The notes under the pieces: model-generated
Databases searched by the model: none
Told to the model about the DNA's origin: nothing
Seen by the model: the letters and a program-made list of their open reading frames with translations, nothing else
Origin: Nanobdellota archaeon
GTDB taxonomy: Archaea > Nanobdellota > Nanobdellia > Pacearchaeales > GW2011-AR1
Reading direction: 5' to 3'
NCBI GenBank assembly: GCA_038046245.1
Contig: JBBSWO010000003.1
Location: 118,959 to 182,958, forward strand
Length of the DNA stretch: 64,000 bases
In this document: positions 19,251 through 28,562 of the stretch, one piece after another
Numbering within the stretch: position 1 is the first letter of the stretch
Layout of the letters: each line of letters starts with the position of its first letter
Position numbers and translations under genes: made by a program

Positions 19251-20642
19251 ATGAAAAAGGTGTTGTCTTTAACAGTCTTGTTGTTGATTCTACCGTTTAC
19301 ATTAGCACTAAATCTTCAGATAGAAAAAATAAGCCAAAACGAGGCAATGATTGTCGGAGTTGACAGGCCAGCCACTTTCGATTTTAACCTGACTAACCTT
19401 GGCCCATCAACAAAAATACAGTTTTACAATCTTCTTGGTTTCAGGATGCTTCCATCAGAGACTATAGTGATAGGCGCTTTTGAAAGCAAAATGATAAAAC
19501 TTGAGGTTTCGCCGATAGGAGACTTCAATTTCACAGGACTTTATTCTTTCCCATATTACATAAGAGACGTCAATGACAAGACCGAGATGCAAGAGGCATT
19601 GACATTCAGAAGAGTTGAATTCAGGGATGCATTTGACATTGGTGCCGGAAGCTTTGACCCGGAATCAAGCTCGGTTGACATTTACATACAAAACACACAG
19701 AACTTCAAGTTTGGAAATATTGACGGAAAATTCTCCTCATCTTTCTTCAGTATTGAAAAGACATTCACTCTTGGCCCTTACGAAAGAAAAAACTTCACAA
19801 TTCAGCTAAATAAAGACGAATTCAAACAGCTTCTTGCAGGTTCATACACCTTGAATGCAGACATTACAGCAGAAGGACAAAAGACAAACCTTCAGACTAA
19901 CCTTGAATTCATAGAAAAAGACATAATAAAAACAACAGAGAGCCAATCAGGAGTTATCTTCAGGACAAATGTCATAACAAAGACAAATGCAGGAAATGTC
20001 GTCGCCCCTGAAAATATGGTCATAATAAAAAATGTAATATCAAGACTTTTCACAACATTCAGTCCAGAGCCGGACAAAGCTGAGAGAAGCGGCTTTATAG
20101 TGAAATACAGCTGGTCAAGAGAATTAAATCCAGGCGAATCTTTTCAAGTGACAGTAAGAACAAATTCACTGTTCCCTCTATTATTGATACTTTTGATCAT
20201 TGCAGCAGTCATAATCTCAAAGCAGTACACTTCATCCAACCTTGTAATGAACAAAAAGATAAACTTCGTAAAGGCAAAGGGCGGAGAATTCGCTTTGAAA
20301 GTCTCAGTGGTGCTTAGTGCTAAAAAGCATGTTGACAATATAACAGTAATAGACAGACTTCCTCCTTTAGTAACACTTTATGAAAAGTTCGGCGCTGAAA
20401 AGCCATCAAGAGTGGACACAAAATTAAGAAGGCTTGAATGGAACATAAACAGCCTTGAAGCAGGAGAAAAAAGAGTCATATCATATGTAGTCTTTTCAAA
20501 AGTCGGTATAGTTGGTAAGTTCTCATTGCCTCCAACAACTGCAATATTTGAAAGAAACGGCAAAGCAAGCGAAACAGAATCCAACAGGGCATTCTTCGTT
20601 GCAGAGCCAAGAAACATAAAGGATTATCAAGGCGAATTCTAG
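19251..20642 (+). CDS. Exported membrane protein with Ig-like (DUF11-like) domains
   Basis: Signal peptide, internal TM, ELNPGES, ITVIDRLP and LEAGEKRVISY motifs. Confidence 0.75.
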   Translation: MKKVLSLTVLLLILPFTLALNLQIEKISQNEAMIVGVDRPATFDFNLTNLGPSTKIQFYNLLGFRMLPSETIVIGAFESKMIKLEVSPIGDFNFTGLYSFPYYIRDVNDKTEMQEALTFRRVEFRDAFDIGAGSFDPESSSVDIYIQNTQNFKFGNIDGKFSSSFFSIEKTFTLGPYERKNFTIQLNKDEFKQLLAGSYTLNADITAEGQKTNLQTNLEFIEKDIIKTTESQSGVIFRTNVITKTNAGNVVAPENMVIIKNVISRLFTTFSPEPDKAERSGFIVKYSWSRELNPGESFQVTVRTNSLFPLLLILLIIAAVIISKQYTSSNLVMNKKINFVKAKGGEFALKVSVVLSAKKHVDNITVIDRLPPLVTLYEKFGAEKPSRVDTKLRRLEWNINSLEAGEKRVISYVVFSKVGIVGKFSLPPTTAIFERNGKASETESNRAFFVAEPRNIKDYQGEF

Positions 20643-20683
20643 ATAGAAGTAAGTTTTAAAAACTGTGATTTCTCTGAGCTGGA

Positions 20684-21463
20684 ATGGCAATCGAATTACC
20701 AGGATATAGAAATTTAATAGGCAGCGAGATGTTTGAAAAAGTAAAGTCTCCTGGTTCTTCATCAAAAAATAAAACAGAAGTAGCTAGTCTTATAAGATAT
20801 AAGACGCCCACTCCAGATGAGACTCTTAATTTTATTAAAGTAAGTGCTCAAGAATTCTATTCGGAAAGTTCAGGATTAAGGATACAACGAAATCCTGTTC
20901 AACAATACTTTCGTTTATTAGAAAGATCAGATCTTGCAGAGTTGGGAGAAGGAAGAGGGGGTCTTTTTGGGCATCTTAATCACCATATCGATAAATTGGA
21001 TATTGGGAATTATATCACTTTTTGGTGTAGCCTTATCCCAGACAGCAAGCTGGATGAAATAAAAAGAAGAATTAAAAATACAAAGATAGACCACACTGGA
21101 GTTCATCAATTCGCAGAAAAAAAACTGGGAGTATTAGTAAGATTGACTGATGAAGGCCTATTTCCAGATATCTCGGAACTTGAATTTTTGCTTGCTAGAG
21201 GAGTGAAAATTTCTGATCCCTTAAAAATTACCTGCGATTCTGGCAATTACCAAGGCGCAGCTAATAGACTGAGATTAATCTACAACAAATTAAATTCTCC
21301 TGAAACAATAAGCCAAATAAAAGATGAGACTCAAAGTTTCTTGGAAAAAAATGCGCGTGATGCAATCAAAGCAACTGTAGGTTGCGCACTAAAGCATGCA
21401 GTGTATGAAGTGTTTGGATCTGCCAGAGGCAATACAGATAAAACCCCTTTTTCTGAAAACTAA
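20684..21463 (+). CDS. Hypothetical protein
   Basis: 259-aa ORF with TATA upstream; no motif recognised. Confidence 0.7.
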   Translation: MAIELPGYRNLIGSEMFEKVKSPGSSSKNKTEVASLIRYKTPTPDETLNFIKVSAQEFYSESSGLRIQRNPVQQYFRLLERSDLAELGEGRGGLFGHLNHHIDKLDIGNYITFWCSLIPDSKLDEIKRRIKNTKIDHTGVHQFAEKKLGVLVRLTDEGLFPDISELEFLLARGVKISDPLKITCDSGNYQGAANRLRLIYNKLNSPETISQIKDETQSFLEKNARDAIKATVGCALKHAVYEVFGSARGNTDKTPFSEN

Positions 21464-21510
21464 GCAAAAATCACCAAAATCTTTACAAATACCCATTTCT
21501 TACAGATAAG

Positions 21511-21825
21511 ATGTTTTCAATAGACCGGCTTACTGCCGAGCTTGAACAGGACGCAACTTTCTCAAAGGCAATTAAAGGATGGAATTCTCATGGTGTTGTC
21601 TGGGAAATCAGAGGTATTGCATTGGCTCACCCACACTGCAACATGTTTTCTGTCAAGGTAGCCCTTTATCAGCTAAAGAAAAACGATAAAGGTGAAGATG
21701 AAAAAACATCAAAGAGAAGTTTATATTATTGCCAATGTTGCAACAAACTCCGCCCAGGATATTTTGCAGAGATGCGTGAAAGAAGAGAACGTAAAAAGGA
21801 AGGGAAGGGGTATGAACCTGAATAA
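21511..21825 (+). CDS. Hypothetical protein, possible metal-binding (HPHC...CQCC)
   Basis: ORF track; His/Cys pairs. Confidence 0.55.
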   Translation: MFSIDRLTAELEQDATFSKAIKGWNSHGVVWEIRGIALAHPHCNMFSVKVALYQLKKNDKGEDEKTSKRSLYYCQCCNKLRPGYFAEMRERRERKKEGKGYEPE

Positions 21826-21867
21826 GATTTAGAAGTTTAATAGTTTCATATTTTTCAAACCAAACAC

Positions 21868-21875
21868 TTTAAAAA
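21868..21875 (+). promoter_or_regulatory. TATA box of tRNA-Tyr
   Basis: TTTAAAAA 26 nt upstream of the mature 5' end. Confidence 0.6.
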
Positions 21876-21901
21876 TCCCTTGACTTTCTTAATTTCAGAA
21901 T

Positions 21902-22043
21902 CCCCTCATAGCTCAGTGGTTAGAGCGCCTGGCTGTAGATTACAAATCTAGGGTGGATATTCCATACGGAAATTAAATGAAACCTGATAAGCCAAGAGTT
22001 CGCAGCACCCGGGAGATCCCCAGTTCGACTCTGGGTGAGGGGA
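21902..22043 (+). tRNA. tRNA-Tyr(GTA) with 69-nt intron at 37/38 (21939-22007)
   Basis: Acceptor CCCCTCA/TGAGGGG-A (C1:G72), anticodon stem CCTGG/CCGGG, splice helix CTGT/GCAG with 3' bulge CA^C, T arm CCCAG-TTCGACT-CTGGG. Confidence 0.93.
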
Positions 22044-22049
22044 TGAAAT

Positions 22050-22111
22050 CCAAAACCACCGCCGTTTCTTTCAGAAACGCCTCGCTTTGCGAGGTTTGCG
22101 GTGGTTTTTGG
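22050..22111. repeat. Y-shaped (three-way) palindrome directly after tRNA-Tyr
   Basis: Outer stem AAAACCACCGC/GCGGTGGTTTT enclosing CGTTTCT-TTC-AGAAACG and CCTCGC-TTT-GCGAGG. Confidence 0.85.
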
Positions 22112-22162
22112 TATGTTTGATTCTTTCATAACACTTAAAAATAAAGAGAATCAATTTTATGT

Positions 22163-23212
22163 ATGAGTGAAAGTTATATGCAAGAGATTTTTGATGGAAA
22201 AGAATCATTTGATGATGAAGATTTAGATAACTTAAACAAAACGATTAAATCAATGAATTTAATTGAAAATCAATTTAATGAAGCAAAAGCACTTGGAAAT
22301 AAGGATAAAATAACTGATGATGAAAATTTATATGAAGACATACTTATTAAACCAATCATCGCTTTTCTTAATTCCTTTGATGGATTTGGCAATTTATACC
22401 TGGGAATAAGTACTGGTGGCCAAGGTAATCCAAAATTTTTAGACATTCGACCAATAGAGGAAAAATTCATTAAAAATGAAGAATATTTAAGGAATTTAAT
22501 AACTAATAAAATAGGAATAATTCCAAAACCTTACGAGTTCCCAAAAATTGAAATAAAAAAAATTAAATTTCCTTCTGGAAATGTTTTTATAATTAATGTA
22601 TCAAAAACTAGTAATTCCTTAGCTTACTATTCAAAACTTACAAATAAAGTCTACAAAAGAAGCGCAGATCAAAGTTCTTCTCTTAATCTTGTTGAAACAT
22701 TACAACTTATAGAATCAAAAAAGAATCCTCAAGTTCGCCTAAAATGCAAGTTTTTAAGCGTTAATCCAGATCATTCTATTTTTGAAAAAACTAAAGAACA
22801 TGAATATGCCTATGAGTTAGAACTGATTAACGAAGGATTGGAGCCTAGTGAACTTATTACGGGCCTCATTCAAATTTCACCTTGGCCTTTTTCAGAGTAC
22901 GTGCCAAAGATTGAATTTTCTTCACCTTTTATTTCCAAAAGAGATGAATCATTTCCAGAAACGTATCAATTTTGCTATGGTATCCCAAGTCATAGTATGC
23001 CAGTTTATCCAATTATTCCTACTCTTTTTGGAAAATTGACTTTAAAAATAAAACCATCTTTAAACTTTAACTTAAATTTTAAAATTACGATAATGGACAA
23101 AAAAGGGATAACAAAACAATCTTTTTCAATTAAAGAAATTTTTGAAGTAGGAATTTCTACGCCTAATTTTAATCCAGTGGATGAGAAAATTGAATATTCT
23201 CCTTATGTTTAA
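22163..23212 (+). CDS. Schlafen/AlbA_2-domain protein with C-terminal beta-rich domain
   Basis: ENQFNEAK, IIAFLNSFDGFGNLYLGI and VYKRSADQS; very AT-rich coding. Confidence 0.8.
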   Translation: MSESYMQEIFDGKESFDDEDLDNLNKTIKSMNLIENQFNEAKALGNKDKITDDENLYEDILIKPIIAFLNSFDGFGNLYLGISTGGQGNPKFLDIRPIEEKFIKNEEYLRNLITNKIGIIPKPYEFPKIEIKKIKFPSGNVFIINVSKTSNSLAYYSKLTNKVYKRSADQSSSLNLVETLQLIESKKNPQVRLKCKFLSVNPDHSIFEKTKEHEYAYELELINEGLEPSELITGLIQISPWPFSEYVPKIEFSSPFISKRDESFPETYQFCYGIPSHSMPVYPIIPTLFGKLTLKIKPSLNFNLNFKITIMDKKGITKQSFSIKEIFEVGISTPNFNPVDEKIEYSPYV

Positions 23213-23220
23213 ATCCCCAT

Positions 23221-23508
23221 TCACTTCTTCCCAAAGAAAAGAACTAATGACGAGCAAACCAAAACAAGCCCTATGAGACAAAACTGCACGGCTTGTTTAG
23301 ATTGTATATCACTCAACACTGTATAAACATTGCAGTCAAATGTTGGACCGCCAGTAAACCCAAGCTTCGTGTCAATATAAGCCGGCTTGCAATTTGCTTT
23401 ATTATCATTTATTGTATTTTTACTTTGTTGATTAGTAGTCAATCCAAAAACAAGAAATATTATCCCAAAAACAAAAAGTACAACACCCAACTTCTTCTTC
23501 ATATCCAT
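23221..23508 (-). CDS. Small two-TM membrane protein
   Basis: Hydrophobic N- and C-terminal helices with a Cys pair in the loop. Confidence 0.65.
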   Translation of the reverse strand: MDMKKKLGVVLFVFGIIFLVFGLTTNQQSKNTINDNKANCKPAYIDTKLGFTGGPTFDCNVYTVLSDIQSKQAVQFCLIGLVLVCSSLVLFFGKK

Positions 23509-23547
23509 ACAATACCAAAGAAAATGGAATTTAAAAATCTATCTGAA

Positions 23548-23895
23548 TCAAATCAAATCTAAAGGACGCCTTGATGTGTGATCCTTAAAAAGAAAGTCAG
23601 CATCTATGGCTTCTTGAGGTATTTTATCTAAAACCTGATTATACTTGTATCCTCTGCCATCAACAATAATAGAATCAGGCCAGCCAACAATAGCATGATA
23701 TTTTTTTCTCAAGTCTAAAAGTTCCGGAGTTTGAACATGATCTAAATTCGTTCCTAATTCTGCCAATTCTCTTCCTAATCTGCTTTTCTCATCAGCTTGC
23801 TCCCCATTCAATCTACATCCCTTCAATAAAACCATTCCGATCATAGGAGATACAGGATAATCAAACACTGAATTGATATAAAATTTTTGCGTCAT
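23548..23895 (-). CDS. Hypothetical protein
   Basis: ORF with TTTAAAAG promoter upstream. Confidence 0.65.
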   Translation of the reverse strand: MTQKFYINSVFDYPVSPMIGMVLLKGCRLNGEQADEKSRLGRELAELGTNLDHVQTPELLDLRKKYHAIVGWPDSIIVDGRGYKYNQVLDKIPQEAIDADFLFKDHTSRRPLDLI

Positions 23896-23936
23896 TTCTA
23901 TCTTTGAACGGATTGCCTTTTAAAGGTTTCTTTATT

Positions 23937-24683
23937 TCACTTCCCAATTATATTCCGAAGTATCGCTTCTTTTTTCATTCCTTTCCTTATCATTCCCTTA
24001 ACAAAATCATATTTTGTCTTTTCAGAAGCAATCTTGATTTCTTCAGGTCTCCATCCCAGAGACACCAACTCTGCTAAAGCAAGTTGTGTATAAGTTTTTG
24101 TCTTGTCAAACTCTCTTCCTGCAAGATAAGAAATTTCGTCCTTTGTAAGTCCGTGTGTAAATCCTCCATAAACAAGTTCTTTTGGAATACTGCGACTAGC
24201 CAACTCAAAAACATCGACTGGAAAGATATTCATGCTCTGAAGTTTCGCGGCTTCATTCAGATTAAAATCATATGTCAGATAAGTTTCTGCTGATGCAAGG
24301 CTATATCCAGATTCCATCCACATCTGATAATTTTCAGCTTTTTTTCTCGGATCATTGTCAGGATTTTCGAGCAAAGACAAATCATAAGTCGTAAGCTCGT
24401 TTCTCCTCGTATCCCCTCCTCGGTTTCTATCAACAATCCTTTTCATGACCTCGGGCGTTCCTCCATTTGCCATAAGTTTTTCAAGCCCCCCTTTAGACTC
24501 AAGATAAAAAGTTGGCACGCCCGCGCTGTAATATTCTCTTGCAAGCCCCACAGAAATGTTATGAAGTGACGCTATCTTTTTCACTTCATTATCTCTAGAT
24601 TCCAAAAGTTCTTTAACTCCAACACATGAAGCAAAGCCAATAATTCCTGCAGCAGCCCATACAACTGGTTTTGTCACAGCCAT
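23937..24683 (-). CDS. Hypothetical protein with N-terminal hydrophobic anchor
   Basis: VVWAAAGIIGFASC followed by short helical repeats; start set at MAVTK. Confidence 0.65.
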   Translation of the reverse strand: MAVTKPVVWAAAGIIGFASCVGVKELLESRDNEVKKIASLHNISVGLAREYYSAGVPTFYLESKGGLEKLMANGGTPEVMKRIVDRNRGGDTRRNELTTYDLSLLENPDNDPRKKAENYQMWMESGYSLASAETYLTYDFNLNEAAKLQSMNIFPVDVFELASRSIPKELVYGGFTHGLTKDEISYLAGREFDKTKTYTQLALAELVSLGWRPEEIKIASEKTKYDFVKGMIRKGMKKEAILRNIIGK

Positions 24684-24768
24684 GAAAATTTTCAATTTTC
24701 AATATTTATTAATATTTGTGTGATGTTCTGAAAGTAACCTTTATTAATCCAATTGTCTTTTACCGTTT

Positions 24769-25014
24769 ATGTCAAAAAGAAAGGCGAGAAAAAAATCAAA
24801 AGTTGCATCGCCAAAAAAAGGGGTCGGACATCACGTAAAACTGGCAACGTTTCTTGCTTCAAAACTCATAGTTGCAGTAATATCATTTGCGATAGGAATT
24901 TATGTAGGAAGGCTTTTCGAGACAACATGGGTTGCAATCGTTATAGCGTCGGTGATAGCCGTATTTGTCTATCTTCTTTCAGTTATGCACATGATGAAGT
25001 TGTTCAAAATATAA
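24769..25014 (+). CDS. Small two-TM membrane protein
   Basis: Basic N-terminus and two TM helices. Confidence 0.7.
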   Translation: MSKRKARKKSKVASPKKGVGHHVKLATFLASKLIVAVISFAIGIYVGRLFETTWVAIVIASVIAVFVYLLSVMHMMKLFKI

Positions 25015-25051
25015 TAATAAACTTTATTAATCGTTTTTCCCTAAGTTAAGC

Positions 25052-28000
25052 ATGGAAAAAAAGGTGTGGGCTCTGTTTGCAGTTATATTAGTTTCCTTGA
25101 CATTAATTTCTTCACTTTCAACACAGGATTTGAAAAAAGAGGCTGAAAAAGCGACATATTACGCAAAAGAATACGAAGCAGGAAATATCAACTATGCCCA
25201 GTTTTCAGTTTACCTTAATTCTGTACAGGAAGATCTCAACACACTTATAAAATCCCAAGATTCTGGTATTGACAACACGGAATTATCAACGTTCTTGGGA
25301 GAGCCAAAAAAAACAACATGGGTCTTGTCAGATGACTTGACGACAGAGGTGCAGGTTGCAAATCCTGTCTCGACATGGGAAGGAAAAATAATTTATGACG
25401 GAAATAAGATACAGATAAGGCTCACAGTATCTCCAATACTATACTTCGGAAAACAAATTGTATACAGCTCAGAACTAGCAACAATATTCAAGGACATTCC
25501 AGCCTCATTTAACCTAAAAGACAGCATTGACGAAGCCAGAAGGTTAGCAAATGTTTTCACTTTGGATTCAAATGTCCAAACCGCAAACGCATTGGCAGAA
25601 TATTCAATAAACACTGAAAAAATCTCAGACTCTTACTTCAAACAAAACTATCGGACATGTCAGGATTTGATGACGGGCCTTTTCGGAGCTGAAAACTTAA
25701 AATCAAGAGAGAATGTAATAGACAAAACGTATGAATTATTGAAAAAAAGTCCCTATGAAATAAAAGCGGACATAGTTCTTTGTGATGACTGTCAAAAAAC
25801 AGAAAAAGAAAACTGGATAAAATTAAGTTTTACAATTGAAAGCGACGGCAGAAAAATAGGATACAACCTTGATCAGGCCATATCTTCAGATCAATTCAAC
25901 ACGCTAAGCATAAATAACATAAAAGCTGAGCTGATCAAGGCCAATGGAAACATAAAACAGCTTCTTGACGGCGGGAATTACAAGTCAGCCTATACAATAA
26001 TGAAAGTGATGGAGATCATGTATGATGTTTGGGACCAAAAAATAAGCGACGAAACCGATGCTAACTTAAAAATCCAGGAATACGCAGATAAAGTTCAGTT
26101 CACAAGTGGATTATTTGATGGCTACAAACTAGTTGCAACGTCTTTCAACAATCAATTGTTATTTGAGAAAGTCTTGTACAGAGAATATGAATCAAACGGA
26201 ACAGAGATTTGCACAAACAAGATAGATGATAACAGCAATAACAAGACCGATTGCCAAGATGCTTTATGCACGGGCCAAGTATGTGGTTCTAGAATAATAA
26301 ACGTCACCGAAGGAAATGTCACATTCCAAAAAACAATAGAATCTTACTGTACTTCAGGAGTGTGCCAAGAAAAAGCTCAGAATCAAAGTATATGCGGAAA
26401 CAATATATGCGAAGCTGGAGAAAATGTCTCATGCTTTAAAGATTGCTCACCTAAAGCTTCATTCGAATGCCCAACTTATGCTCCAATCCAATGCAATGGA
26501 AAAGTCATATCCAAAGGTCAGGATACAAACGGTTGTTCTCTCCCACCAATATGCCTCACAAATGACGTTTCGTGCACATCCGATTCACAATGTGGACAGC
26601 CTTTATGCGGGAAAGCGCAATGTATCGAAGGAGCATGTAAGGTTACGCAAATAGGCCAATGCACCCAAGCCCAATGTTCTGATGGTGATGAAAAAACTAT
26701 AGCATGTTCAGCAGGAGAAATAATCACTCAAGAAGTATGTGTCAATGGTGTCTGGAAAAGCACAGGCCAAACTTGTAAAACTGAAATTATCAAGACTCCT
26801 ACAGAAGGAACTATTGTTAAAGGTACATCCAAACCATTATGTGGGGCGAAAGAAGATTGTTTGGCTAACCAAGTCTGTGATTTGGGTGTATGCACCGACA
26901 TTGTCCAGAACACTTACACAGGAACCACTACAACAACTCCTGTAAAATATTCTGGTACGACATTCACAGGAAATGTTATACAGATTACAGGAGAGCCAAT
27001 AACAATAAATGGGATAACCGGAATTGTAGGGGAACAATACCCAACCTCACAGGATATAAACCCAAGCACAGCTCCACAAAGAAAATATAACAACCAGGAA
27101 ACATATTCTGCAATAACAGGAGTAGTAGAAAACCTCCCAAACGAAGCAACTCAAGTTGCCGCACAGCCAAAAGAGATTTTACAGGCGCAATTGTTCAACG
27201 GTCCTTCAGTTTCAACAAGTCCTCAAGGAGTTAAAGAAGAATTTTCAGCTATAGGGGTCTGCAAAGAAGACAGAGAAAAAACCGAAGCCCAATTTTATTT
27301 CACAGGAAGTGGAGATAAATTCGGAGGGGTCTCAAACCTGATGGACAAATACAGGGAAAGCGGGATAGAATGGTGTGACAGCAGATTAAAAATACTTCTC
27401 GACCAAAGAGCAGAGTTGACAAAAAGTTTCAATTCAGATTTTGCATCATGGTTTTTTGAGACATATCTTCCAAACAATGCAAACAACTGGGAAAGTAAAA
27501 GAAAAGCGATTGATGACTTGTACCTAAATATCGTAGACAATCAAGTCCAGATTGCAAGGATGATGAATTGTTTGAGCCTTAAACAGCTTTCAAGCTATGA
27601 ATTGATATCGTTAGACTACGCAACAACTTACGGTGAATTAAAATATTCAGAAAAAATAGAGCCAGCATCGTTGCCAGGACTAAGCAAGGAAGTTACGATA
27701 ATCTCTCCATCAATGCAAGCCTCAATATTCCTGGATAAAGACTTTATAAAAAAAGAACTGACAGCAGCAATGAATGCACATAGCTTTCCAGGCTCGGAAG
27801 AAACAGGAATTGACAGAAAAATAAACAAAGGATTGACAACAGCAGAACTAAACGCATTCAAATCAGATGAAAGCCTGAAATCTCTCATAAGAGACATAAC
27901 TGCAAACTACAAAGACAATTATTTGGATGCTCAGGTGACTTTTGTTGACAACATCAATGGCAAAGAAGAAGTGGTCTACAATATCTATGTCAAGATCAAT

Positions 28001-28312
28001 GAAGATAACATGTTCATTCAGTCAATGCCTATGGATGAAACACCTCCAGTAGACACAAAAATAGTCGTAGACTACAATGATCTTTACAATCTTATAGCAG
28101 CGTCGGAAGAGAATCTGAAAGAGACTTCAACATTAAATCCTCCTTGGAAACAGGGTAGGTTTAACGTTGCTGAAATAATAAATCTTGCAAGCAATTGGGT
28201 AAAGACTCAATTAAGAATGAATGAACTTACAAACACGCTGCAAGTAAAGCCGGACAACAGTAATGTAAAGGATTTGTTCAAAAAAGTATTTTTCTTGATG
28301 GCTGAAAATTAA
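25052..28312 (+). CDS. Large secreted protein with central Cys-rich repeat region
   Basis: Signal peptide; EICTNKIDDNSNNKTDC, ICGNNICEAGE, CTSDSQC; Thr-rich linker. Confidence 0.85.
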   Translation: MEKKVWALFAVILVSLTLISSLSTQDLKKEAEKATYYAKEYEAGNINYAQFSVYLNSVQEDLNTLIKSQDSGIDNTELSTFLGEPKKTTWVLSDDLTTEVQVANPVSTWEGKIIYDGNKIQIRLTVSPILYFGKQIVYSSELATIFKDIPASFNLKDSIDEARRLANVFTLDSNVQTANALAEYSINTEKISDSYFKQNYRTCQDLMTGLFGAENLKSRENVIDKTYELLKKSPYEIKADIVLCDDCQKTEKENWIKLSFTIESDGRKIGYNLDQAISSDQFNTLSINNIKAELIKANGNIKQLLDGGNYKSAYTIMKVMEIMYDVWDQKISDETDANLKIQEYADKVQFTSGLFDGYKLVATSFNNQLLFEKVLYREYESNGTEICTNKIDDNSNNKTDCQDALCTGQVCGSRIINVTEGNVTFQKTIESYCTSGVCQEKAQNQSICGNNICEAGENVSCFKDCSPKASFECPTYAPIQCNGKVISKGQDTNGCSLPPICLTNDVSCTSDSQCGQPLCGKAQCIEGACKVTQIGQCTQAQCSDGDEKTIACSAGEIITQEVCVNGVWKSTGQTCKTEIIKTPTEGTIVKGTSKPLCGAKEDCLANQVCDLGVCTDIVQNTYTGTTTTTPVKYSGTTFTGNVIQITGEPITINGITGIVGEQYPTSQDINPSTAPQRKYNNQETYSAITGVVENLPNEATQVAAQPKEILQAQLFNGPSVSTSPQGVKEEFSAIGVCKEDREKTEAQFYFTGSGDKFGGVSNLMDKYRESGIEWCDSRLKILLDQRAELTKSFNSDFASWFFETYLPNNANNWESKRKAIDDLYLNIVDNQVQIARMMNCLSLKQLSSYELISLDYATTYGELKYSEKIEPASLPGLSKEVTIISPSMQASIFLDKDFIKKELTAAMNAHSFPGSEETGIDRKINKGLTTAELNAFKSDESLKSLIRDITANYKDNYLDAQVTFVDNINGKEEVVYNIYVKINEDNMFIQSMPMDETPPVDTKIVVDYNDLYNLIAASEENLKETSTLNPPWKQGRFNVAEIINLASNWVKTQLRMNELTNTLQVKPDNSNVKDLFKKVFFLMAEN

Positions 28313-28396
28313 TTTTACCGAATATAAAAAGAAAAATCATTATAGAAATATTTAAATAGCTGATGTTTTTTGTAGAACTGTAAAAAAACGAGGTAA

Positions 28397-28415
28397 ATTG
28401 GAACAAAGTTCCAAT
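28397..28415. promoter_or_regulatory. Perfect 8-3-8 inverted repeat (operator or leader hairpin)
   Basis: ATTGGAAC-AAA-GTTCCAAT, 12 nt upstream of a small ORF. Confidence 0.45.
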
Positions 28416-28427
28416 GTGTTTTAGACA

Positions 28428-28544
28428 ATGGTTAAAAACCTAAAAAAAGAATCAGCCTCTAACAACGAGCAAGAAAGATTTGGGTCTTTCATTGATGAAG
28501 ATGTAGGTGAAGACGACTTTGATCTAGATTTGCTTGACGACTAA
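28428..28544 (+). CDS. 38-aa acidic small protein (below ORF-track cutoff)
   Basis: MVKNLKKESASNNEQERFGSFIDEDVGEDDFDLDLLDD*; TTTAAATA upstream. Confidence 0.55.
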   Translation: MVKNLKKESASNNEQERFGSFIDEDVGEDDFDLDLLDD

Positions 28545-28562
28545 TTATTAACTAATTCTTTT

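Noticed and set aside
21970..21990. C/D-box guide RNA within the tRNA-Tyr intron
   Set aside because: One CTGA is present, but no convincing RTGATGA box with proper spacing
28398..28427. Amber read-through or recoding into the 38-aa ORF
   Set aside because: TAG acts as a normal stop for other genes here and there is no pyrrolysine machinery in the window
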